From Parcubacteria group bacterium (GTDB lineage Bacteria; Patescibacteriota; Minisyncoccia; Moranbacterales; UBA2206): a stretch of DNA of 64,000 bases. The notes below the pieces were generated by a model. It searched no databases. It saw only the letters and a program-made list of their open reading frames with translations, and was not told the origin of the DNA. Shown piece after piece: positions 57,102-64,000 of this stretch. The DNA lies in contig JBAYLE010000003.1 of NCBI GenBank assembly GCA_041664225.1, positions 15,608 to 79,607 on the forward strand, read 5' to 3'. Every line of letters begins with the position of its first letter. Positions within the stretch are counted from its first letter, which is position 1. The position numbers and the translations under genes are program-made.

Positions 57102-58148
57102 ATGAAAATTGGTATTGTAGGTCTGCCAAATGTTGGAAAATCCACATTATTCAAGGCTCTGACCAAAACTCAAGTGGATATTAGCAATTATCCCTTTTGC
57201 ACCATCGAACCCAACGTTGGCATTGTTAAAGTTCCCGACGAGCGGCTGGAAAAGTTAGCGGCTATGTCGCACTCGGCTAAAATTATTCCAGCCATTGTGG
57301 AATTTGTGGACATTGCTGGCATCGTGAAAGGCGCGTCCGTTGGCGAAGGCTTGGGCAATAAATTTCTGGCCAACATTCGCGAGGTCGATGCTATCGCCCA
57401 AGTGGTGCGGGTTTTTGAAAATACCAATATCACTCACGTGCATAACAAAATTGATCCGGAACATGATATTGAAATTATCAACACTGAATTGATTCTGGCC
57501 GATCTCGAAACAGTGCAAAAAGTAAAAGTGCGTTTGGAAAAAGACGCACGCGGCAACAAAAAGGGCGCGACCGAACAATTGGTTGTTACGGAAAAAATAA
57601 AAACAGCCCTGGAAGCTGGAAATTTGGCGAACACCGTGAAACTGGATCTGGAAGACGAAAACACTAAAACAATTGTGCGTGAACTTTCACTTCTGACTAT
57701 GAAACCATTTTTATTCATTTACAACGTAGCTGACACTAAAGAAAAACTACCCGATAATTTAGAGAAGTTGCCACATATCAAGCTAGACATCAAAATTGAA
57801 GAGGAATTGCTCGAAATGTCGCCAGAAGAAGCCGCCGAACTGGGAATCGAATCAAGCATTGATCAACTGATTATTGAAGCTTACAAGTTGCTCGGCCTCA
57901 TTACATTTCTTACCACTGGCGAAGACGAAACCCGCGCCTGGACCATCCAAAAAGGCTGGACCGCTCCCTTGGCCGGCACCGCCATTCACAATGACTTCAA
58001 AGACAAATTCATCCGCGCCGAAGTCATCCAATGGAACAAACTTCTCGAAGCTGGATCTTGGGGCAAAGCCCGCGAACTCGGCACGCTCCGCACCGAAGGC
58101 AAAGATTATATCGTTCAGGACGGCGACGTTATAGAATTTAAAATTTGA
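57102..58148 (+). CDS. ychF: Ribosome-binding ATPase YchF (Obg-like)
   Basis: G1 [10 protein letters not shown]4 NxxD, C-terminal TGS domain. Confidence 0.9.
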   Translation: MKIGIVGLPNVGKSTLFKALTKTQVDISNYPFCTIEPNVGIVKVPDERLEKLAAMSHSAKIIPAIVEFVDIAGIVKGASVGEGLGNKFLANIREVDAIAQVVRVFENTNITHVHNKIDPEHDIEIINTELILADLETVQKVKVRLEKDARGNKKGATEQLVVTEKIKTALEAGNLANTVKLDLEDENTKTIVRELSLLTMKPFLFIYNVADTKEKLPDNLEKLPHIKLDIKIEEELLEMSPEEAAELGIESSIDQLIIEAYKLLGLITFLTTGEDETRAWTIQKGWTAPLAGTAIHNDFKDKFIRAEVIQWNKLLEAGSWGKARELGTLRTEGKDYIVQDGDVIEFKI

Positions 58149-58168
58149 TAATTGATTAAAAAACTTAG

Positions 58169-59275
58169 ATGGATCGTAGGCTCGTCTATATTTTTCTAGC
58201 CTGGCTTGCTGGGCTTTTGATTATCGGATTTTTCAGTTTGTCTTTGTCTTCTTTTTCCCCTGATTCCGAACGTTACGTCAAAGACCCGCCATTCTATCGT
58301 TGGGATTCAAATTGGTATATTTCCATTGCAGACAGCGGGTATTCTTTTTCGCCTGAAACAAACTCGAATATTGCTTTTTTTCCTTTGTACCCAGCGCTTA
58401 TACGCATTAGCCATGAACTGACTGGCCTTCGTATGAGCTGGGTCGGGTTTTATCTGAGCATCACATTCGCGCTGGGCGCATTTCTTATGCTCTATCGTTT
58501 GCTATTATTGGATTATGCAAAAAGCCAGAGCCGAAAGATCGTCATTTTTTGGATCTTGTTTCCTTTTTCATATTTTCTGATTTCCGTCTATACCGAATCG
58601 CTCTTTATTTTTTTGGCTGTGGCGAGCTTATATTTCGCGCGGGAGAAAAGATGGCTAGCCGCTTCAATTATGGCGGCACTGGCTGTCCTCTCGCGCCCCT
58701 ATGGAATTTTTTTATTGCCCGTCCTGATTTGGGAATATTTTTCAGATGAAAAATTTTCTTTTGCCGCTCTGCGCCAAAAAAGTTTTTGGCTGGTTAGCCT
58801 GATCCCCTTGGCCGCTTTTCTGCTGTTCATCATTTATAATAAATTGCGCTTCAATGAACCCTTCGCGTTTTTACTGGCCCAGCAAAATTGGGGAAGGATA
58901 ACCGCTTCTCCCCTGCCCGTATTTTTCTCTTATGCGCGCGAAGTATTAAAATCGTCCACTTACACTATTCAGAATTTGCATTTCGCCGTCGATTTTGGGG
59001 CAATTTTGTTTGCGCTGACGGCCCTATATCTTTCCTTGAAGAGATCGATCCGCCCCTCTTATATTTTACTAAGCGTCCTGTTGATCGCACCAGCCCTGTT
59101 GAGCGGAACATTCACAAGTATCCACCGTTATGTTCTGGCCGCATTCCCCCTTTTCATCGCGCCAGCTCTGGCGTTGGAAAAAAATAGTTGGCTTTTCGGC
59201 GGGTATTGCTTTCTATCTTTTTTATTGCTTCTTTATTTTGCCAGTCTTTTTGTCCGCTGGGCACCTATTTTTTAA
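58169..59275 (+). CDS. Polytopic membrane protein, possible GT-C-type glycosyltransferase (function unknown)
   Basis: ~10 TM helices, FFPLYP motif in an early loop. Confidence 0.3.
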   Translation: MDRRLVYIFLAWLAGLLIIGFFSLSLSSFSPDSERYVKDPPFYRWDSNWYISIADSGYSFSPETNSNIAFFPLYPALIRISHELTGLRMSWVGFYLSITFALGAFLMLYRLLLLDYAKSQSRKIVIFWILFPFSYFLISVYTESLFIFLAVASLYFAREKRWLAASIMAALAVLSRPYGIFLLPVLIWEYFSDEKFSFAALRQKSFWLVSLIPLAAFLLFIIYNKLRFNEPFAFLLAQQNWGRITASPLPVFFSYAREVLKSSTYTIQNLHFAVDFGAILFALTALYLSLKRSIRPSYILLSVLLIAPALLSGTFTSIHRYVLAAFPLFIAPALALEKNSWLFGGYCFLSFLLLLYFASLFVRWAPIF

Positions 59276-59444
59276 AGTATTGGCCATCGCTTGACTCTTT
59301 TCTCATGGCTTGCTAAACTAACTTTACAACTTAGAAAGCCCAATGATTCTGTCGCCCTGATCTCAATAGGGATAGCAGGATACAAATCCGCAAGGAAAGG
59401 CTTTCTTTAGCGGTTTTAAATTTATTAACTAATTAAACAATTGC

Positions 59445-59969
59445 ATGCAATACGAACTATTTTATCTGGTCGGCGCTTCAAAAGAGGCAGATCTTCCCAA
59501 AATTAAAGCTGAGATAGCGGAATTTGTCACTTCTTCCGGCGCTGTTTTCGAGGAAAAACAAGTGGTCGAAAAAAGAAAAATGGCATATGAAATCCAGCGT
59601 GAAAATCGCGGTTTTTATGTCGCACAAAGATTCAATCTGGAAGATGCGGAGAAAATTCAATCAATCACCCGCAAACTTAACCTTTATGCCGGCATCCTGA
59701 GATCACTGATTGTCCGCACTGACGAACTGCCAGAACTAACTTCCCGAGAAGAAAGAGAGACAAAAAGTAAGGCCGAACCAAAATTTGAAGCTAAAAAACC
59801 CCTGACCGGGCAGGCTATCCGTCCTGAAAGCGAGGATAAACCCAAAGAAATTGTTCCGACTAAAGTGAAAAAAGAAGAAAAAGCAGAAACCATAGACAAA
59901 ACACCCGAAGAAAAGAAATTGGATGAAGCAGACATTGATAAAAAACTTGAAGAAATTTTAAACATTTAA
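59445..59969 (+). CDS. rpsF: 30S ribosomal protein S6 with a K/E-rich C-terminal extension
   Basis: YELFYLV start, S6 fold pattern; rpsF-ssb-rpsR synteny. Confidence 0.8.
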   Translation: MQYELFYLVGASKEADLPKIKAEIAEFVTSSGAVFEEKQVVEKRKMAYEIQRENRGFYVAQRFNLEDAEKIQSITRKLNLYAGILRSLIVRTDELPELTSREERETKSKAEPKFEAKKPLTGQAIRPESEDKPKEIVPTKVKKEEKAETIDKTPEEKKLDEADIDKKLEEILNI

Positions 59970-60038
59970 TCATAAAACATGAAACATATAACATGAAACG
60001 AGATTGTTGCATGTTGTATGCTATATGTTACATGAACT

Positions 60039-60518
60039 ATGAACGTAAACAAGGTGCTCTTAGTCGGACGCTTAACCCGCGATCCGGAAATAAGAAACAC
60101 TCCTTCCGGGCAAACCGTCGCTTCAATCAGTATGGCCACTAATCGTTTTTGGAAAGACAAAAACGGACAAAGGCAGGACAAGACCGAATTTCATAATGTC
60201 GTTCTTTGGGGAAGATTGGCTGAGATTGCCGGCCAATATTTGACTAAGGGGCAAGAAGCCTATATCGAAGGCCGCATGGAAACACGGAAATACACCGCCA
60301 AAGACGGTACTGAAAGGCGTACAACCGAGGTTATCGCGGAAAATATGCAGCTTGGCAGCCGGCCTCAAGGCTCAGCTCCAAGGCCAACCGGAACATATAA
60401 TGCCCCTCAGGCTCCATCAACTCAGCAAACATCCCAAAGACCAGCCGAGGAAGAAATTCCTACTATCAATCTTGATGAGGAACAAGATGAAGTAAAAATT
60501 GAAGACGTCCCCTTTTAA
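60039..60518 (+). CDS. ssb: Single-stranded DNA-binding protein
   Basis: OB fold NKVLLVGRLTRDPE, acidic C-terminal tip DVPF. Confidence 0.9.
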   Translation: MNVNKVLLVGRLTRDPEIRNTPSGQTVASISMATNRFWKDKNGQRQDKTEFHNVVLWGRLAEIAGQYLTKGQEAYIEGRMETRKYTAKDGTERRTTEVIAENMQLGSRPQGSAPRPTGTYNAPQAPSTQQTSQRPAEEEIPTINLDEEQDEVKIEDVPF

Positions 60519-60540
60519 ACCCTAAAAAAACTAAATTCAT

Positions 60541-60774
60541 ATGTATAACACTAACGATACGGCCAAAACAGAAAAGAAAACTTGTTTCTTTTGCGAAGCC
60601 AAAATGGACAAACTTGATTATAAAGACGCTTATCTTTTGCGCCGCTTTATGAATTCTCAGGGCAAGATTTATCCCCCAAAAAGACATGGGACTTGCACTC
60701 GGCATCAAAGAACGCTGGCCAACGCGATAAAAAAAGCCCGCGTTATGGCATTGGTGCCCTTCGTCGTCAAATAA
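60541..60774 (+). CDS. rpsR: 30S ribosomal protein S18
   Basis: CFFCE...LLRRF...RHGTCTRHQRTLANAIKKAR. Confidence 0.9.
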   Translation: MYNTNDTAKTEKKTCFFCEAKMDKLDYKDAYLLRRFMNSQGKIYPPKRHGTCTRHQRTLANAIKKARVMALVPFVVK

Positions 60775-61332
60775 ATGTTGAATCTAAGTGATATAAAATC
60801 AGGCAAAAATATTGTTCTGGATGAGCTTCCTTATGCAGTCCTTTACCATGAACATTCAAAAACTGGCCGCGCCGGTTCGGTTTTGCGTACCCGCATTAAA
60901 AATCTGGCCACGGGCGCAGTTCTGGAAAAAACCTTCCAGGGAGCTGATCAAGTAGAGGAGGCGGACGTCACTAAAGGCAAGGCGCAATTTCTCTACAAGG
61001 AGGGAACCGCTTACGCATTCATGGATAACGAGTCCTACGAACAATTTACGCTTCCAGCGGAGGCCCTGGGAAACGCCGTAAGCTATCTGATCGAAGGTAC
61101 AGAAATAGTTGTTCTCTACTTCAATAGCAATCCGATCAACATTGAACTGCCGATCAAAATGAAACTTCGGGTTACTGAAGCTCCTCCCGGAATAAAAGGC
61201 AACACAGTTTCCACGGGCGGTAAAATGGTAACCTTGGAAACCGGATTAAAAATCTCCACTCCGCTCTTTGTGAATGAGGGCGATGAAATTATTATCAATA
61301 CCGAAAAAGGAGAATATGTAAGCCGAGCATAG
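60775..61332 (+). CDS. efp: Elongation factor P
   Basis: KOW-like N-domain and two OB domains; conserved KAQFLYKEG block. Confidence 0.85.
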   Translation: MLNLSDIKSGKNIVLDELPYAVLYHEHSKTGRAGSVLRTRIKNLATGAVLEKTFQGADQVEEADVTKGKAQFLYKEGTAYAFMDNESYEQFTLPAEALGNAVSYLIEGTEIVVLYFNSNPINIELPIKMKLRVTEAPPGIKGNTVSTGGKMVTLETGLKISTPLFVNEGDEIIINTEKGEYVSRA

Positions 61333-61384
61333 TTCATAAAACATGCAACAAGCCCAGAAAAAAATATTTTTGAGATAAAAAAAT

Positions 61385-61410
61385 AAAAATCCCCCAAGGG
61401 ATTTTTATTT
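61385..61410 (+). terminator. Rho-independent terminator after efp
   Basis: aaaatcccccaagggatttttattttg. Confidence 0.7.
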
Positions 61411-61448
61411 TGTTTCATGTTACATGCTTCATGCTACATGTTCTATGA

Positions 61449-61604
61449 CTAGAACAAACCCATATTGCCGAACAAAGTGATCGTCAGCATGGGTGTCAGC
61501 GCGATCAGGAATGCGAAAGCTATTTCTTCCGCTTCCTTGATCTCTAGCTCCCTTCGCTCGCAGTCCGGGCAACCCGGCTCTCCGCATTTTTGTACTTCTT
61601 CCAT
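61449..61604 (-). CDS. 51-aa small protein with an N-terminal Cys cluster and a C-terminal TM helix (unannotated candidate)
   Basis: MEEVQKCGEPGCPDCERRELEIKEAEEIAFAFLIALTPMLTITLFGNMGLF; GGGG RBS 14 nt upstream; below the ORF-track length cutoff. Confidence 0.3.
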   Translation of the reverse strand: MEEVQKCGEPGCPDCERRELEIKEAEEIAFAFLIALTPMLTITLFGNMGLF

Positions 61605-61659
61605 ATTTTTGTTTTTCCCCCAAGTTAAAGGGTTTTTTAATAATTATTAGCGAATAAAA

Positions 61660-61690
61660 AGAAAAAACGGGGTAAAATCACCCGTTTTTT
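61660..61690. terminator. Bidirectional terminator downstream of recA
   Basis: aaaaaacggggtaaaatcacccgtttttt. Confidence 0.75.
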
Positions 61691-61733
61691 ACTACACATC
61701 TATTATACACCCAAAATAGGCTTTTGTCAAATG

Positions 61734-62750
61734 CTAAGCCCCAGAATCTCTGGATTTGTCTTTAATGCCTTTCGTGATCGCCGCGGCTACTTTGGGATTA
61801 TCTTTGACAAAAGCTTTGGCGGTCTCGCGTCCGACGCCCAATTTAGTGTCTTCAAAAAGATATGAATTTCCGGATTTTTTGACTACCTCATATTTCACGC
61901 CTGTATCCAATAAATCTCCTGCTTGAGAAATTCCTTCATTATACATAATATCGAATTCGGTGGTTTTGAATGGCGGAGCCACTTTGTTTTTGACTATTTT
62001 CGCTTTGACTCGGTTGCCGACCACGTCTTCGCCTTTTTTGATCTGCGCCGCTCTCCTCACTTCAATGCGCACCGATGAATAAAACTTAAGGGCTTGCCCG
62101 CCAGTTGTCGTTTCCGGATTGCCAAACATCACTCCGATTTTCATCCTGAGCTGATTGATAAAAATGACCACTGTATTGGATCTGGCAATGATCGCTGTGA
62201 GCTTTCTGAGAGCTTGCGACATAAGCCTGGCTTGACGGCCCATATGCGAATCTCCCATTTCTCCTTCGATTTCCGCTTTCGGCACCAAGGCCGCTACGGA
62301 ATCAATCACAATCACATCAATTGCGTTCGAGCGCACCAGGGTTTCTACGATATCCAAGGCCTGTTCTCCATTGTCCGGCTGAGATATCAGAAGGTCATTG
62401 ATTTTTACTCCGATTTTTTTGGCGTATTCCGGATCCAACGCGTGTTCAGCATCAATAAAAGCTGCTGTGCCGCCAACTTTTTGAGCGTTGGCGATAATAT
62501 GTAGAGTCAAAGTGGTCTTTCCAGATGACTCAGGGCCGTAAACTTCGATTACTCTGCCACGCGGCACTCCGCCTATACCCAAAGCTAGATCTAAAGAAAT
62601 TGATCCGGTCGGGATCGCTTCCACGTCGACCTTTTTTATATCCCCCAGCTTCATCAGCATGCCTTCGCCGAATTTCTCCTTAATTTCGTCAACGACATGA
62701 TCGACGCTGGTCTGCTTGGTTGTCGCCGCTTCTTTTTTTTCATCAGTCAT
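61734..62750 (-). CDS. recA: Recombinase RecA
   Basis: Walker [11 protein letters not shown]1/L2 loops, no intein. Confidence 0.95.
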   Translation of the reverse strand: MTDEKKEAATTKQTSVDHVVDEIKEKFGEGMLMKLGDIKKVDVEAIPTGSISLDLALGIGGVPRGRVIEVYGPESSGKTTLTLHIIANAQKVGGTAAFIDAEHALDPEYAKKIGVKINDLLISQPDNGEQALDIVETLVRSNAIDVIVIDSVAALVPKAEIEGEMGDSHMGRQARLMSQALRKLTAIIARSNTVVIFINQLRMKIGVMFGNPETTTGGQALKFYSSVRIEVRRAAQIKKGEDVVGNRVKAKIVKNKVAPPFKTTEFDIMYNEGISQAGDLLDTGVKYEVVKKSGNSYLFEDTKLGVGRETAKAFVKDNPKVAAAITKGIKDKSRDSGA

Positions 62751-62839
62751 AAGTTTTCACTAAAATAAATTAATATCTCCTTAACAGTGATAGTATATCA
62801 CCACTTCTCAACCTCCACAATCCTAAGTTATCCACAGGC

Positions 62840-63835
62840 CTAATACTTCGTATCTGAAGTGAAAGTTACCCCGCGAACAGCGCCGGCGCTGTCTCCCAGG
62901 GCCCCAATATCTTTACTATTAAACTTGACGAAAGTGGCATTCGCCTTGCCCGAATTTATCATTATCTTGCTGTCTGCCTGGAAGGATTGGATAGCCCCTG
63001 TTAGCATCGTACCGCTAAAAACCAAATTGCCGTCAACCTCCACGCTTACCCAGACAGGACCCGGGTCGACTCGCACTTCCATTCCCAATCCTTTTTGAGC
63101 TGAGGCTTCTTGGTTTTGCGCGGCATCCGGCGCCGGCTGATTATCGTCTTTATTTTCTTGTTGGTCTGATTGCACCGTCAATGTTTCAATGGCTTCCTTG
63201 TTAAATTTGTTGACGGCTTTGATGTTTATAATATTTGTGCCGGACTGCACCGTAACACTTTCTCTGAATTTTCCGTCGTCCGCGACCAAAATCGGCTGGC
63301 CATTCAAAAAGAGTCCGGCGTCCCTGTCTGTTATGCCTTCCACTGTCACCGAATTTCCGCTAGTCGCGTAATTTTTGTCGGGGCTAAGAATTACCAGTCT
63401 CGGCGTGCTCGCGAAAGCGCCGATCTCTTTGTATAAATAAAAAAATCCCCCGATAACCAAGAGCGCGACCAAGCTGATTGCTATAACCCTGGGAGTGAAT
63501 ACAAACGAGGAAACATTGATTGTTTCTCTGCTGGCTAGTTGATTTTTTTTCCCATTGTCCTTGCGCTTGTCTAGATTCTTTTTTATTTCATTCTCTTTTT
63601 CATATAACCGAACCAGTATTCTTTCATCGACACCCAAAAATTCAGCGTAACTGCGTAGAAAACCGCGTACATAAACATCCACCGGCAACTTGTCGTAGGT
63701 TCCTTCCTCCAAATATTCCAGATATTTAACCTGAATTCTGGTATTGCGAGAAACTTCCCCCAAACTCATCCTGCGTTCACTTCTGAGTTTTTTGAGCTTT
63801 TCCCCTAAGGTAAGAGTACCGACACTTTTTTTTGT
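62840..63835 (-). CDS. rodZ: RodZ-like cytoskeleton protein (XRE-type HTH, TM, C-terminal beta domain). Start at MMKSF.
   Basis: HTH LGEKLKKLRSERRMSLGEVSRNTRIQVKYLEYLE, single TM, C-terminal DUF4115-like region. Confidence 0.7.
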   Translation of the reverse strand, partial: TKKSVGTLTLGEKLKKLRSERRMSLGEVSRNTRIQVKYLEYLEEGTYDKLPVDVYVRGFLRSYAEFLGVDERILVRLYEKENEIKKNLDKRKDNGKKNQLASRETINVSSFVFTPRVIAISLVALLVIGGFFYLYKEIGAFASTPRLVILSPDKNYATSGNSVTVEGITDRDAGLFLNGQPILVADDGKFRESVTVQSGTNIINIKAVNKFNKEAIETLTVQSDQQENKDDNQPAPDAAQNQEASAQKGLGMEVRVDPGPVWVSVEVDGNLVFSGTMLTGAIQSFQADSKIMINSGKANATFVKFNSKDIGALGDSAGAVRGVTFTSDTKY

Positions 63836-64000
63836 GAAACTTTTCATCATAACGCGGACAAAATAAAAAAACCAATTACAAAAATACAATGACGCTGACT
63901 ATGTGTTTTTTATTTTTGTTTCGGTTTCGGTTTTGGTTTTTTACATCTGCCATTTGTCTCTGACTGTCTGATCAGTTATGACATGGTCATAATTGATGGC

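Noticed and set aside
61429-61650. ORF-track ORFs 61429-61623 (-) and 61465-61650 (+)
   Set aside because: Arg/Gly-rich or low-complexity translations. The alternative minus-strand 51-aa Cys-cluster frame has a better RBS and features, but even that is low confidence.
61734-62750. Intein or intron in recA, or in the uvrA genes given their insertions
   Set aside because: RecA is a normal 338 aa. The insertions in uvrA2 and uvrC are only 15-18 aa and palindromic at the DNA level, far too short for inteins or group I/II introns.

Overview
The window reads as AT-rich (about 38% GC by eye), gene-dense chromosome from a bacterium with a reduced genome. The gene content and the many short in-frame repeat insertions suggest, by inference only, a Patescibacteria/CPR-like lineage. 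The coding content is mostly core housekeeping genes: clpC (5'-truncated at the window edge), comF, alr, recG, a cold-shock protein, tsaD, hsp20, a VanW protein, uvrA-uvrC-uvrA2, uvrB, secG, an OppA-like binding protein, RNase J, trpS, ychF, rpsF-ssb-rpsR-efp, recA and rodZ. There is an 11-kb minus-strand type IV pilus locus preceded by a histidine kinase and a receiver-only regulator (17.2-28.0 kb). There is a carboxy(nor)spermidine dehydrogenase/decarboxylase pair, and a mannose-activation and glycosylation gene set (cupin-type phosphoglucose isomerase, a cytidylyltransferase-cupin fusion, phosphomannomutase, a GT39 mannosyltransferase, a GT4). The window also carries an ECF sigma factor with a possible anti-sigma partner, a small stand-alone 'two-CW'-type four-cysteine protein, and nine tRNA genes in three clusters. 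I found no transposase, integrase, CRISPR array, restriction-modification system or recognisable defence system. The unexplained signal is non-coding and repeat structure. First, a ~150-200 nt structured repeat family occurs in three copies (28.06, 52.13 and 53.32 kb; two copies bracket trpS). Its loops are conserved and its stems covary, which makes it a candidate undescribed ncRNA or cis-regulatory element. Second, short palindromic 'mini-insertions' with a shared core sit in-frame inside uvrA2 and uvrC, and similar in-frame repeat insertions occur in tsaD. Third, GAAAATT heptamer arrays appear in both intergenic and coding DNA. Fourth, an ~80-nt hairpin-bounded element occurs twice. Fifth, a GC-rich ~190-bp segment flanked by a direct repeat of the tRNA-Glu 3' end looks like the relic of a tRNA-targeted integration. 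Sixth, a ~500-nt unit with a strong promoter and an intrinsic terminator has no convincing ORF and may encode an ncRNA.
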